Assembly: GCA_965235975.1 (NCBI GenBank)
Contig: CBDDZZ010000002.1
Span: 208,202 to 272,201, forward strand
Direction: 5' to 3'
Source: Candidatus Pelagibacterales bacterium
Lineage (GTDB): Bacteria > Pseudomonadota > Alphaproteobacteria > Pelagibacterales > Pelagibacteraceae
Length of the DNA stretch: 64,000 nucleotides
Made by a program: the position numbers and the translations under genes
Part shown: piece by piece, positions 32,662 through 43,210 of the stretch
Numbering within the stretch: the first letter of the stretch is position 1
How the letters are laid out: every line of letters begins with the position of its first letter
The notes under the pieces: generated by a model
The model's input: only the letters and a program-made list of their open reading frames with translations
Databases searched by the model: none
Told to the model about the DNA's origin: nothing

Positions 32662-34482
32662 TTATTCTACCGTAACAGATTTCGCTAAATTTCTTGGCTT
32701 ATCTATGTCGTTACCTTTTTTTAAAGCAACATAATAAGCAAGTAGTTGTAAAGGAATAGTACTTAAAAAAGGAGAAAGAAATTTATGGATTTTCGGAATT
32801 CTAATTTCTGACCAAATATTTTCGCTAGTTATAATTTCATCTGTATGATCTGATATTAACAAAATTTTTCCTCCCCGCGCTATAACCTCCTGCATATTAG
32901 AAATTGTTTTATCATAAAATCTATCTTTTGGAGCAATAACAATGACTGGCATTCCATTTTCAACTAGTGCTAAAGGTCCGTGCTTCATCTCGCCAGCCGG
33001 ATAACCTTCTGCATGTAAATAAGTTAATTCTTTGAATTTGAGAGCGCCTTCTAACGCAATTGGGTAGGAAAGCCCCCTGCCTAAAAACATTGAACCTTTA
33101 ATATTTAAAAAATCTCCAGCAAGTTCTTCAATAAATTTTTTATTATTCAAAATTGATGCTACGTTCAGGTGAATATTTTCTAAATCTTTAATAATATTAA
33201 AATATTCATCATCCTTAATCTCATTTCTAATTCTTCCTATTTTTAAGATAAATAATAAAAGAACTAAAATCTGGCCTATAAAAGCTTTTGTTGAAGCAAC
33301 GCCAACTTCTGGACCAACATGGATTGGTAAAACTAAATCTGATAATCTTGATAAGGTACTTTCAGTAACATTAACAATTGCACATGTTTTTGCACCCTTT
33401 TTTTTACAAAAATCTAGTGCCGCAATAGTGTCTGCAGTTTCGCCAGATTGAGAAACAAAAATATAAAGTTCATGTTCTTTTATTTTGTTATTTCTATACC
33501 TAAACTCTGAAGCAACATCTACACTTACATCAATATTAGTAAATTCTTCGAACCAATATTTTCCAATAATACAAGCATGATAAGCTGTTCCACATGCTAT
33601 TAAATTAATTTTTGAAATCTTCTTAGGATCAATAGGAAAATTGACTATATTAATCTCTTTTCTTATTTTATCTAAATATTCATTAATACATTTCTTAATA
33701 ACCTCTGGCTGCTCAGAAATTTCCTTGGACATAAAATCTTTAAAATTTCCTTTGCTATAACCTCCCTGTTCATTAACTAATTTATGGATTTTTTTTTCAA
33801 TCTTTTTCTTATTTTTATCAAAGAAATCAATTTTATCTTTTGTTAGCACACATACATCTCCATCATCGAGATAGGAAACTTCTTTAGTCATGGAGTTTAA
33901 TGCATAAGAATCTGAACCTAAATATTTCTCTTTATCTCTATAACCAACAGCGAGTGGGCTTCCTCTTCTTGCTCCAACAATTAAATTATTGAATTTTTTA
34001 AAAATAATTCCTAATGCAAAACTACCTTCTAATTTCTTTAAAGTTTCAAATACAGAATCTAAATAATTCATTTTTTTTAAATTTTCAGTGATAAGATGTG
34101 TGATAACCTCAGTATCTGTTTGGGATTTAAAAATATGGCCTTTTTCAATAAGTTCTTTTTTAATAATTGATGAATTTTCAATAATACCATTATGGACAAC
34201 TGATACCTCATCTGAGGAATGTGGATGGGCATTTATTTGATTTGGAATTCCATGCGTTGCCCAACGAACATGACCAATTCCAATATTGCCTGATAGCGAT
34301 GTTTTTTTAATTAATTTTTCTAAGTCAGAAACTTTACCAGCGCACTTATTCTCTACTATTTCTCCATTATTTATTGTTGAAATGCCAGCAGAGTCATAGC
34401 CTCGATATTCAAGTTTTTTTAAAGATTCTAAAATTTCTTTTGAAATATCTTTATAACTAGCAATACCGATAATACCGCACAT
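32662..34482 (-). CDS. glmS: Glutamine--fructose-6-phosphate aminotransferase
   Basis: MCGIIG, EYRGYDSAG, SQSGETAD, PRNLAKSVTVE. Confidence 0.99.
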   Translation of the reverse strand: MCGIIGIASYKDISKEILESLKKLEYRGYDSAGISTINNGEIVENKCAGKVSDLEKLIKKTSLSGNIGIGHVRWATHGIPNQINAHPHSSDEVSVVHNGIIENSSIIKKELIEKGHIFKSQTDTEVITHLITENLKKMNYLDSVFETLKKLEGSFALGIIFKKFNNLIVGARRGSPLAVGYRDKEKYLGSDSYALNSMTKEVSYLDDGDVCVLTKDKIDFFDKNKKKIEKKIHKLVNEQGGYSKGNFKDFMSKEISEQPEVIKKCINEYLDKIRKEINIVNFPIDPKKISKINLIACGTAYHACIIGKYWFEEFTNIDVSVDVASEFRYRNNKIKEHELYIFVSQSGETADTIAALDFCKKKGAKTCAIVNVTESTLSRLSDLVLPIHVGPEVGVASTKAFIGQILVLLLFILKIGRIRNEIKDDEYFNIIKDLENIHLNVASILNNKKFIEELAGDFLNIKGSMFLGRGLSYPIALEGALKFKELTYLHAEGYPAGEMKHGPLALVENGMPVIVIAPKDRFYDKTISNMQEVIARGGKILLISDHTDEIITSENIWSEIRIPKIHKFLSPFLSTIPLQLLAYYVALKKGNDIDKPRNLAKSVTVE

Positions 34483-34491
34483 AAATTATTT

Positions 34492-35103
34492 TTATTTTTT
34501 TCTTTTTTTTAATTCTCTTTGAGAAACTCTACTTAAGGCAAGGGTATTATCTTTTACATTTTTCGTAATCGTAGAACCCGCACCAATCACTGTATTCTTT
34601 CCAATTTTTACCGGCGCAACTAAAGACGTGTTAGATCCTATAAAAGCATTATCTAAAATTTTAGTCTTATATTTATTTTTACCATCATAATTACAAGTAA
34701 TTGTTCCTGCGCCAACATTAACATTTTTTCCTAAAATTGAATCACCTATATAGCTTAGATGGCTGACTTTAGAATTTTTTCCAATTTTAGATTTTTTGAT
34801 TTCGACAAAGTTTCCAATTCTTGAATTATCCTCTAAAATTGTATCTGGTCTTAACCTTGCAAACGGTCCAATAGTTACATTATTTCCAATTTTTGTTTTT
34901 TCTATATAAGAAAAACTTAAAATTTTAACATTATTTCCAATTTTCACACCTTCGCCAATAACAACATAGGGTTCTATTAAAACATTTTTTCCAAATTTAG
35001 TATCTGGAGATAAATAAATTGATTCTGGAGAAATTAATTTAACTCCTTTTTTAATAGCTAACTTGCGAATTTTATTTTGTAATAATTTTTTAGACTTAAT
35101 CAT
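34492..35103 (-). CDS. glmU: GlmU acetyltransferase (LbH) domain only, 203 aa
   Basis: [47 protein letters not shown]; no N-terminal uridyltransferase domain. Confidence 0.9.
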   Translation of the reverse strand: MIKSKKLLQNKIRKLAIKKGVKLISPESIYLSPDTKFGKNVLIEPYVVIGEGVKIGNNVKILSFSYIEKTKIGNNVTIGPFARLRPDTILEDNSRIGNFVEIKKSKIGKNSKVSHLSYIGDSILGKNVNVGAGTITCNYDGKNKYKTKILDNAFIGSNTSLVAPVKIGKNTVIGAGSTITKNVKDNTLALSRVSQRELKKRKK

Positions 35104-35231
35104 AATGAAATTATAAATAACTTTAATTCAACTTTATGATTTATTGCTATTTGCACAATGTTACTATAGGAATGATTTTAATAATTTAACTCACAAATTA
35201 TTTCTTTTAACTACTAATTTTTCAATTATTT

Positions 35232-35903
35232 ATGAACAAAGCAATAGTGTTTGATCTTGATGGAACACTTGTAGATTCTGCGCCAGATTTAATGGATGCC
35301 CATAATTTTGTGATGAAAAAATTTGGTTATGATCAAAAGCCATTAACAGATATTCGTCAATTGGCCGGTAGAGGCGCAGCTAATATGATTTTAAGCTCTT
35401 TAAAGAAAGAAGAAAAAATTTTCGACCAAAATATTCATAAAAAAATGACCGAAGAATTTATTAATTATTATAGAGAGAATATCTCAAAAAAATCGCAAAT
35501 TATCAAAGGAGTTAATGAGTTTCTTATTTGGGGAAAATCTCAAAAAATTAATTTTGCAATTTGCACAAATAAAATGGAGTCTTTGGCTAAAAAACTTCTT
35601 AAAGAAATCAATCTTATTGAATTTTTTGATTACATTGCAGGTGTTGATACATTTGAATATAAAAAACCAGATCCAAGACATTTAACAAATATATTAGAGA
35701 TTTTAGATGTAAAAAAAGAGGATAGTATTATGATTGGCGATAGCGAAACTGATGCTGAGACAGCAAGAATAGCAAAAGTGAAATTTATTCTTGTAAAAGG
35801 GGGATATACTGAAAAGGATCATACTAGTATTTATCATGATTATTTAATTAATGACTTTACTGAAATGAATGGAATATTATCTAAAATGAAATTTTTGAAT
35901 TAA
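35232..35903 (+). CDS. gph: Phosphoglycolate phosphatase-like HAD hydrolase
   Basis: FDLDGTLVDS, CTNK, KKPDP, IGDSETD. Confidence 0.85.
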   Translation: MNKAIVFDLDGTLVDSAPDLMDAHNFVMKKFGYDQKPLTDIRQLAGRGAANMILSSLKKEEKIFDQNIHKKMTEEFINYYRENISKKSQIIKGVNEFLIWGKSQKINFAICTNKMESLAKKLLKEINLIEFFDYIAGVDTFEYKKPDPRHLTNILEILDVKKEDSIMIGDSETDAETARIAKVKFILVKGGYTEKDHTSIYHDYLINDFTEMNGILSKMKFLN

Positions 35904-35905
35904 TT

Positions 35906-36811
35906 ATGTATTTTGTTAAAAAAACACCTTTAGAAAAAAGAGCTGACTTACAAAAGAAATTAAAAACAAAAAAACTTATTCGTTTTCCGGGAGCATATAA
36001 TCCTCTAGTTGCAAAATTAATTGAAGAAATTGGCTATGAAGGGGTTTATGTTTCTGGCGCTGTTATGGCTAATGATTTGGGAATTCCTGATATTGGTCTT
36101 ACAACTTTAGCTGAAGTTTCTTATAGAGCTGAACAAATTGCTAGAGTTACAAATCTACCCTCAATTGTTGATGCTGACACTGGATTTGGCGGACCTATGA
36201 ATTGTGCGCGAACAATTGAAACGTTTGAAAATTTTGGAATTTCAGGTTGCCACATTGAAGATCAAACTAATCCAAAAAGATGTGGGCACCTAGATAATAA
36301 AGATGTTATCAGCACAAGTGAGATGATTAAAAAAATTAAATCAGCAGTTAAAGCCAGGAAAGATAAAAACTTTTTAATTATAGCAAGGACGGATGCTAAT
36401 GCTACTGAGGGTTTAGATAAAACAATTTCAAGGGTTAAGGCTTATGTAGATGCCGGGGCAGATATGATTTTTCCTGAAGCTTTAAAAAATGAAAAAGAAT
36501 TTGAAAAAATTAGAAAAGCTACAAAAGCATATTTGCTTGCAAATATGACTGAATTTGGAAAGTCAAAATTACTTTCTGTAAAAGAACTTAGTAACCTTGG
36601 ATATAATTTAGTTATTTATCCAGTAACAACACAAAGATTAGCACTAAAAAATGTTGAGGATGGTTTAAGACAGATATTTAAAGACGGTCATCAAAATAAT
36701 GTTATTGATAAAATGCAAACTAGAAAAAGATTATATGAATTAGTTGATTATGAAAAATATAGTGAATTTGATAGCTCTATATTTAAGTTTTCTAAAAAGG
36801 GACATGAATAA
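35906..36811 (+). CDS. prpB: 2-methylisocitrate lyase
   Basis: DADTGFG, KRCGH, ARTDA, LANMTEFGK, MQTR. Confidence 0.93.
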   Translation: MYFVKKTPLEKRADLQKKLKTKKLIRFPGAYNPLVAKLIEEIGYEGVYVSGAVMANDLGIPDIGLTTLAEVSYRAEQIARVTNLPSIVDADTGFGGPMNCARTIETFENFGISGCHIEDQTNPKRCGHLDNKDVISTSEMIKKIKSAVKARKDKNFLIIARTDANATEGLDKTISRVKAYVDAGADMIFPEALKNEKEFEKIRKATKAYLLANMTEFGKSKLLSVKELSNLGYNLVIYPVTTQRLALKNVEDGLRQIFKDGHQNNVIDKMQTRKRLYELVDYEKYSEFDSSIFKFSKKGHE

Positions 36812-36813
36812 TA

Positions 36814-37941
36814 ATGGCTGAAACTGAGATTAAAAAAGGTCTAGTTGGCGTAATCGCTGATGAGACTAAAGTCTCAGAAGTAATGCCGGATATTAATTCT
36901 TTAACCTATAGAGGTTATACAGTTCAAGATCTAGCCGATGCGTGTACATTTGAAGAGGTTGCTTACTTATTATTAAAAGGGGAACTTCCTAGTAAATCGC
37001 AACTTAATAAATTTCAAGAAGAAGAAAGAAATAGTAGAAAAATAAGTGTTAATTTAAAAGAAGTTATTCAAAAATATCCAAAAAAAGCACATCCTATGGA
37101 TACAACAAGAACTTCTATTAGTCATTTAAGCTTAGAAGATAGTGAAACCTCTGTAAATACTATTGAAGCTAATTATAATAAATTTATAAAAATTTTTGCA
37201 AAAACTCCTACTGCAATTGCTGCAAATTTTAGAACAAGAAAAGGATTAGATATAATAGATCCAAAAATAGATTTAAGTTTTAGTGAAAATTTTTTTCATA
37301 TGTGCTTTGGAAAAATTCCAGGCAAAGATGTTATAAAAGCATTTGATGTTTCTTTAATTTTATACGCTGAACATAGTTTCAATGCTTCAACTTTTGCATC
37401 ACGAGTTGTAACAAGCACCCTTGCTGATATTCATAGTGCAATCATTGGAGGGATTAGTGCTTTGAAGGGTCCTTTGCATGGTGGAGCAAATGAAGCTGTT
37501 ATGGAAATGTTTTTAGATATTAAAGAGCCAGAAAATGCTGAAAAATATATTTTAAATAAAATTAAAAATAAGGATTTAATTATTGGTTTTGGCCACCGTG
37601 TTTATAAAAAAGGAGATTCTAGAGTTCCTACGATGACAAAATATTATTACAAAACCGCAGAATTTTATAAAAATGATAAATTTCCTAAAATTTCTAAAAT
37701 ATTAGAACAAACTATGATTAAAGAAAAAAATATATTTCCAAATTTAGATTTTCCATCGGGTCCCACTTATTATTTAATGGGTTTCGATGTCGATTTTTTT
37801 ACACCAATTTTTGTAATGTCGAGAATTACTGGTTGGTCAGCACACGTAAATGAACAATTAAGTGATAACAGATTAATTAGACCTCTTTCAAAATATACGG
37901 GGGCGGCCCATCGAAAAATTCAATCAATAGATAAAAGATAA
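36814..37941 (+). CDS. prpC: 2-methylcitrate synthase / citrate synthase
   Basis: LYAEHSFNASTF, GPLHGGANE, GFGHRVY, PNLDF; follows prpB. Confidence 0.9.
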   Translation: MAETEIKKGLVGVIADETKVSEVMPDINSLTYRGYTVQDLADACTFEEVAYLLLKGELPSKSQLNKFQEEERNSRKISVNLKEVIQKYPKKAHPMDTTRTSISHLSLEDSETSVNTIEANYNKFIKIFAKTPTAIAANFRTRKGLDIIDPKIDLSFSENFFHMCFGKIPGKDVIKAFDVSLILYAEHSFNASTFASRVVTSTLADIHSAIIGGISALKGPLHGGANEAVMEMFLDIKEPENAEKYILNKIKNKDLIIGFGHRVYKKGDSRVPTMTKYYYKTAEFYKNDKFPKISKILEQTMIKEKNIFPNLDFPSGPTYYLMGFDVDFFTPIFVMSRITGWSAHVNEQLSDNRLIRPLSKYTGAAHRKIQSIDKR

Positions 37942-37944
37942 TTT

Positions 37945-38620
37945 TTATTTTTTAGTTAAACAAGCAAATCTATTAGCTCACAACTTTATAAATTACACGA
38001 ATTTTCACGTACAGACTCATCAATTAGCTTTTTTAACGCCTGTAGCTTCTATAAGAGATATAATCAGTCACAAGATTAGTAAGACAAGTTGGTTCTTTCA
38101 TATTTTTTAAAATTAATTTCTAATTCAAATTTAACAGTTTCGTAACTATGTCCACCATCAACAAATATCATGTCAAATTATTTTTAAATCAATTTTAGGC
38201 AAAATATCTAAGCGAATTTCCTTTTTTTAATTCAATGTTTACTCTCAAATTTTTTTAAAAAGCTTGATACGCTTGTTTATAGAATTTAGATTTTTCATTT
38301 AAGTAAAAAATTATAGACTAATGACTTAAAAGGATTAGAAAAATTTTGTTTTATTAATTAAAAACTCAGGAAATAACATTCACTACTAATATGCATTCTT
38401 AGATAATCCTTCAAAAAGATCTATTCCGAGCATAAGATAAAATTTTTATTATTTATTAAAGATAATAATTCACAGATATTTCTTGCTGTAACTCCAGTAA
38501 AAACTACCAATTTCTAAGAAAATTCTTGAGGTCTCTGTTGATGTTTAACTAAATCAATAAAAATTCTGTCCAAAATACTTTTTTAAGCCAGACTTTTCTC
38601 CAGTATTCCTTATATTTAAA
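37945..38620 (-). pseudogene. Class I SAM-dependent methyltransferase (Methyltransf_24-like), broken by many indels
   Basis: Manual translation across frames: YWRK, FLEIG, GVTARNICELL, GIDLFE, FDMIFVDGGHSYETV; ends RFACLTKK*. Confidence 0.75.
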
Positions 38621-38621
38621 A

Positions 38622-39651
38622 TTACTTTGTAAACTCAAAAGCTTCAACCCATGAACCTTTTGTAGAAGCTTTAGAGTACTCTGTTGCCCTACCTTCAAAA
38701 AAGTTCATGTGCTCAACGCCATTTAACATATCATCTAACCATGTTAATGGATTTTCTTTAACTTCATAAATTTCTTTTAAACGTAATTGCGATAATCTTC
38801 TGATTTGCAATCCATCTAATATAAGTTTTAACTTGTTCAGCAGTTAAACCTTCAATATTGCCCATTTCAAACGCTAAGTCGATAAAAGCATCCTCATGGT
38901 GAACGATTGTTCTGCAAGCGTCATAGATTTCTTTTTTTAAACTTTCATCTAGCAATCCAGGATTTTCATCACAAAAAGTATTAAAAATTTTAATCATTGA
39001 GTTACAATGAAGTGTTTCATCTCTTACTGACCAAGTAACTATTTGGCCCATACCTTTCATTTTATTGAATCTTGGAAAGTTTAATAAGATCGCAAAACTT
39101 GCAAATAACTGCAAACCTTCTGTAAAAGCACTAAATACAGCAACTGTTTTTGCAATTTCTCTTTTATTATTCATATTAAAGTTTTGCATGTAATCGTACT
39201 TATCTTTCATTTCTTTGTACTTTAGAAATGCGGAATATTCTGAATCTGGCATTCCGATTGTATCTAACAAATGAGAGTAAGCAGCAATATGAACGGTTTC
39301 CATTGATGAAAACGCCGTCATCATCATTAAAACTTCTGTAGGTTTAAAAACACTTGTGTAATGTCTTAAGTAGCAATTATTTACTTCAACATCTGCTTGA
39401 GTAAAAAATCTAAAGATCTGTGTTAATAAATTTTTTTCACTTTGTGTTAATTTTTTTTGCCAATCTCTAATATCTTCAGATAAAGGAACCTCTTCAGGCA
39501 ACCAATGAATTCTTTGTTGAGTTAACCAAGCATCGTAGCACCATGGATAACGAAAAGGTTTATATACTGGATTATCTTTTAACAGACCCTGTGTATCACA
39601 ATAATTTTTATCTATAATTTTTTCTGGTATTTTAATTGCTGCTACTGACAT
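38622..39651 (-). CDS. nrdB: Class Ia ribonucleotide reductase beta subunit; +1 insertion near 38803, probably an error
   Basis: YKPFRYPW, FFTQAD, ETVHIAAY, EGLQLFASF, RDETLH; C-terminal NFFEGRATEY in the shifted frame. Confidence 0.95.
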
Positions 39652-41582
39652 GACAAACATTCCTCATAGTTAGTTGTTTTATTAGTTTCTTTTTTTTCTG
39701 CTGAACTTTCAACAAAACTTTTACTTACAACCTCTGCTCTCTGTATAGATTTCGACCTACAGTAGTAGAGGCTTTTTAGTCCTTTCTTCCACGCTTGAAA
39801 ATGTATTTGATGAAGATCTTTTTTATGAACATCTGCGGGAATAAATACATTCAATGATTGTGCTTGAGATATATAAGGAGTTCTATCTGCTGAAAGATCA
39901 ATTAACCATCTTTGATCAAGTTCAAATGCAGTCTTAAAAATATCTTTTTCTTCCTGTGTTAGAAAATTTAAATGCTGAATGGATCCTTGGTTTGTTGTGA
40001 TAGAAGACCAAACATCGCTGTTGTTTTGCCCATATTTTTCTAAAAGTTCTTCTAAAAATTTATTTCTCACATTAAATGAACCAGATAACGTTTTATGTGT
40101 ATAGCTATTTGCAGCTATAGGCTCAATTCCTGGAGAAGATCCACCGCAAATAATAGAAATAGATGCCGTTGGAGCTATTGCTGTTTTATTAGAAAATCTC
40201 TCCATAATCCCATATTCCGCAGCATCAGGGCACGCTCCTCTTTCTTCTGCTAATTTTTTTGACGCTTTATTAACTTCTTGATCGATATATTTAAAAATTT
40301 TTGTATTCCAAACTTTAGCCATGACAGATTCAAATGGAATTAAATTTTTTTGTAAGAAAGAGTGAAATCCCATAACACCTAAACCAACACTTCTTTCACG
40401 GTGTGCTGAATACTTTGCGTCTTTAAAAGAATCTGGTGCTTTTTCTATAAACTCACTTAAAATATTATCTAAAAATCTCATAATATCTTCAACAAAATTT
40501 TTATCATTCTTCCACTCATCGTAAGTTTCTAAATTTATTGACGATAAACAACAAACAGCTGTTCTATCTTTTCCATTTTTATCAATTCCTGTTGGTAAAG
40601 TAATTTCCGAACAAAGGTTTGATGTCTTAACTGTTAAGCCTGCAAGTTTATGATGCTGTGGTATCATTCTATTTACTGTGTCTATAAAAATGATGTAAGG
40701 CTCACCTGTTTCAACTCTCGCAGTTAACAATCTAATCCATAAATTTCTTGCAGAAATAGTTGCTTGGACTACTCCATCATAAGGACTTTTTAATGCCCAT
40801 TGTTCGTCAAGCTCAACAGCTCTCATGAAAGCGTCAGTAACTAAAACTCCGTGATGTAAATTTAAAGCTTTTCTATTTGGGTCGCCTCCTGTTGGTCTTC
40901 TCATCTCGATAAATTCTTCAATTTCAGGATGATCAATTTGTAAATAACATGCAGCCGATCCTCTTCTTAATGATCCTTGGCTGATTGCTAAAGTTAATGA
41001 GTCCATCACTTTAATGAATGGAATAATTCCAGAAGTTTTTCCAACTCGGCCAATTTTTTCTCCAATGGATCTTAAATTACCCCAGTAACTTCCTATTCCA
41101 CCGCCTCTTGCTGCAAGCCAAACATTTTCTGACCAAAGATCTAAAATGCCGTCTAGACTATCTGTGGCTTCATTTAAAAAACAAGATATTGGCAAACCTC
41201 TGTCCGTTCCTGCATTCGACAAAACTGGCGTTGCTGGCATGAACCAAAGGTTACTTATGTAATTATAAATTCTTTGTGCGTGTAAATTGTTATCAGCATA
41301 ATTTGCTGCAACTCTGGCAAATAAATCTTGGTAAGACTCTCCTTCTGCTAAATATCTGTCATCTAAAGTTGCTTTACCGAAATTTGTTAATTTTGAATCT
41401 TTGGATCGGTCAATCTTAATTGTGATCCCTCTTTCGTTTTGAAATAATTCTGTTTCTTTTGTTAAAGAAAAAAGATCTGGTTTTTTAAGATCCTGAACGT
41501 TAGATTTAGGAGTTGATGTTGGAATGTCGATTCCTTTATCCAAAACGAGGTTCTTGATGGCTAAAGCCAAATTATCTTGCAT
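39642..41582 (-). CDS. nrdA: Class Ia ribonucleotide reductase alpha subunit (likely start ATG at 41582; no recognisable ATP-cone)
   Basis: PATPVLSN, PISCFL, SNLCSEI, APTASIS, KSLYYCR, C-terminal CLSCQ. Confidence 0.97.
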   Translation of the reverse strand: MQDNLALAIKNLVLDKGIDIPTSTPKSNVQDLKKPDLFSLTKETELFQNERGITIKIDRSKDSKLTNFGKATLDDRYLAEGESYQDLFARVAANYADNNLHAQRIYNYISNLWFMPATPVLSNAGTDRGLPISCFLNEATDSLDGILDLWSENVWLAARGGGIGSYWGNLRSIGEKIGRVGKTSGIIPFIKVMDSLTLAISQGSLRRGSAACYLQIDHPEIEEFIEMRRPTGGDPNRKALNLHHGVLVTDAFMRAVELDEQWALKSPYDGVVQATISARNLWIRLLTARVETGEPYIIFIDTVNRMIPQHHKLAGLTVKTSNLCSEITLPTGIDKNGKDRTAVCCLSSINLETYDEWKNDKNFVEDIMRFLDNILSEFIEKAPDSFKDAKYSAHRERSVGLGVMGFHSFLQKNLIPFESVMAKVWNTKIFKYIDQEVNKASKKLAEERGACPDAAEYGIMERFSNKTAIAPTASISIICGGSSPGIEPIAANSYTHKTLSGSFNVRNKFLEELLEKYGQNNSDVWSSITTNQGSIQHLNFLTQEEKDIFKTAFELDQRWLIDLSADRTPYISQAQSLNVFIPADVHKKDLHQIHFQAWKKGLKSLYYCRSKSIQRAEVVSKSFVESSAEKKETNKTTNYEECLSCQ

Positions 41583-41583
41583 A

Positions 41584-41631
41584 ATTCTATATTTTATTAG
41601 ATTTTTGCGGTAAAACAACTACATGTTGTGT
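41584..41631. promoter_or_regulatory. Tandem NrdR boxes upstream of nrdA
   Basis: Strong box caaCTAcATgTTGtgt at 41616-41631; degenerate box attCTAtATtTTAtta at 41584-41599, 32 bp away. Confidence 0.75.
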
Positions 41632-41672
41632 TACAAAATCATGAATATACTATTAATAAGTATACTACAATA

Positions 41673-41687
41673 GAACATTAATAGAAC
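41673..41687 (-). promoter_or_regulatory. Alphaproteobacterial LexA (SOS) box upstream of nrdA
   Basis: GAAC-ATTAATA-GAAC (GTTC-N7-GTTC on the minus strand), inside a perfect 11-bp tandem repeat AATAGAACATT. Confidence 0.7.
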
Positions 41688-41755
41688 ATTATAAAAAAGT
41701 CAATTAAAAAAATTTAATTTTGATAAACCATTAAAAAATAACAATTAAATTTTTA

Positions 41756-43210
41756 ATGAATTCTAAAGATACTCACATAAACAAAAATGGTTTTAGAGAA
41801 TACGATGCGAGATGGTTGTATCCTAAAGACATAAATTTAGGGGGTATAAAAAATTTAGGAATAGGCCTTGGAACACAAATCACAAATAGAACTAAAAAAA
41901 ATCCACGAGTAATTGTCGGTCATGATTATCGATCTTATAGTGAAGAGATAAAAAAATCACTAATAAACGGATTAATGGAAGCTGGATGTCAGGTTGAGGA
42001 TGTGGGTTTATCGCTTTCGCCTATGGTATATTTTGCTCAATTTGAATTAAATGCTGATGGAGTGGCCATGGTTACAGCTAGTCATAATGAAAATGGCTGG
42101 ACTGGAGTTAAAATGGGAATTGAAAAAGGATTAACCCATGCCCCAGAGGAAATGAATGAACTTAAAGATATTGTGCTAAATCAAAAATTTAATTTTGATA
42201 CAGGATCTTATAAAGAAATTAAAGGATTTAAAGAAATATATATTAATAATTTAATATCTAAAAATAAAATAAAAAAAAAAATTAAAGTAGTTGTTGCTTG
42301 TGGAAATGGGACTGCTGGAGTATTTGCTCCTCAAATCTTAAAGGGAATTGGTTGCGAAGTTATAGAACTAGATTGTAATTTAGATTTTACTTTCCCAAAA
42401 TACAATCCTAATCCTGAGGATTTAAAAATGTTACATGCTATTTCAAAAGCGGTAAAAGATAATAATGCTGATGTTGGCTTTGGCTTTGATGGAGATGGAG
42501 ATAGAGTTGGAGTTATTGATAATAAGGGAGAAGAAATTTTTTCTGATAAAATTGGACTTTTAATAGCTCGAAACCTTGCTCCAAAATATAAAGGATCTAA
42601 GTTTATTGTAGATGTTAAATCTACGGGTTTATTTGCAAAAGATAAAATTCTAAAAGAAAATAATTGTGAGACTATATATTGGAAAACAGGACATTCTCAT
42701 ATTAAAAGAAAAGTAAATCAAATTAAAGCGCTTGCTGGATTTGAAAAAAGTGGTCACTTTTTTTTTAATAAACCTTTAGGATATGGTTATGATGATGGAA
42801 TTAATTCGGCACTTCAAGTCTGTCATTTGCTTAATGATCAAAATAAAAAAATGAATGAAATAATTAATGATCTGCCGAAGACTTATCAAACACCCACTAT
42901 GGCGCCATTTTGTAAAGATGAAGAAAAATATTTAGTAGTTGAAGATTTAATTAAACAAGTAGAGTTATTAAAAGTTAAAAATACAAAAATAGATAATCAA
43001 ACCATTACAGATATATTAACAATTAATGGAGTTCGGTTTTCGTTAGAAGATGGGTCATGGGGGTTAATAAGAGCCTCGTCCAATAAACCTTCATTAGTCG
43101 TGGTAACTGAAAGCCCAACTTCAAATGAGCGTAAGAAAAAGATATTTGAATTTATTGATAATTTACTTCAAAAAACTGGAAAAATTGGAGAATACGACCA
43201 AAAAATCTAG
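41756..43210 (+). CDS. Phosphomannomutase/phosphoglucomutase
   Basis: FREYDAR, VTASHN, FDGDGDR, GFEKSGH. Confidence 0.95.
   Translation: MNSKDTHINKNGFREYDARWLYPKDINLGGIKNLGIGLGTQITNRTKKNPRVIVGHDYRSYSEEIKKSLINGLMEAGCQVEDVGLSLSPMVYFAQFELNADGVAMVTASHNENGWTGVKMGIEKGLTHAPEEMNELKDIVLNQKFNFDTGSYKEIKGFKEIYINNLISKNKIKKKIKVVVACGNGTAGVFAPQILKGIGCEVIELDCNLDFTFPKYNPNPEDLKMLHAISKAVKDNNADVGFGFDGDGDRVGVIDNKGEEIFSDKIGLLIARNLAPKYKGSKFIVDVKSTGLFAKDKILKENNCETIYWKTGHSHIKRKVNQIKALAGFEKSGHFFFNKPLGYGYDDGINSALQVCHLLNDQNKKMNEIINDLPKTYQTPTMAPFCKDEEKYLVVEDLIKQVELLKVKNTKIDNQTITDILTINGVRFSLEDGSWGLIRASSNKPSLVVVTESPTSNERKKKIFEFIDNLLQKTGKIGEYDQKI

Noticed and set aside
38764-38810. Recoding or truncation of nrdB
   Set aside because: Removing one base restores RWIANRRLSQL and the essential C-terminal tail; most likely a sequencing error
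41583-41618. Longer nrdA start at 41618 given by the ORF track
   Set aside because: The extension covers the NrdR boxes; ATG at 41582 is more plausible
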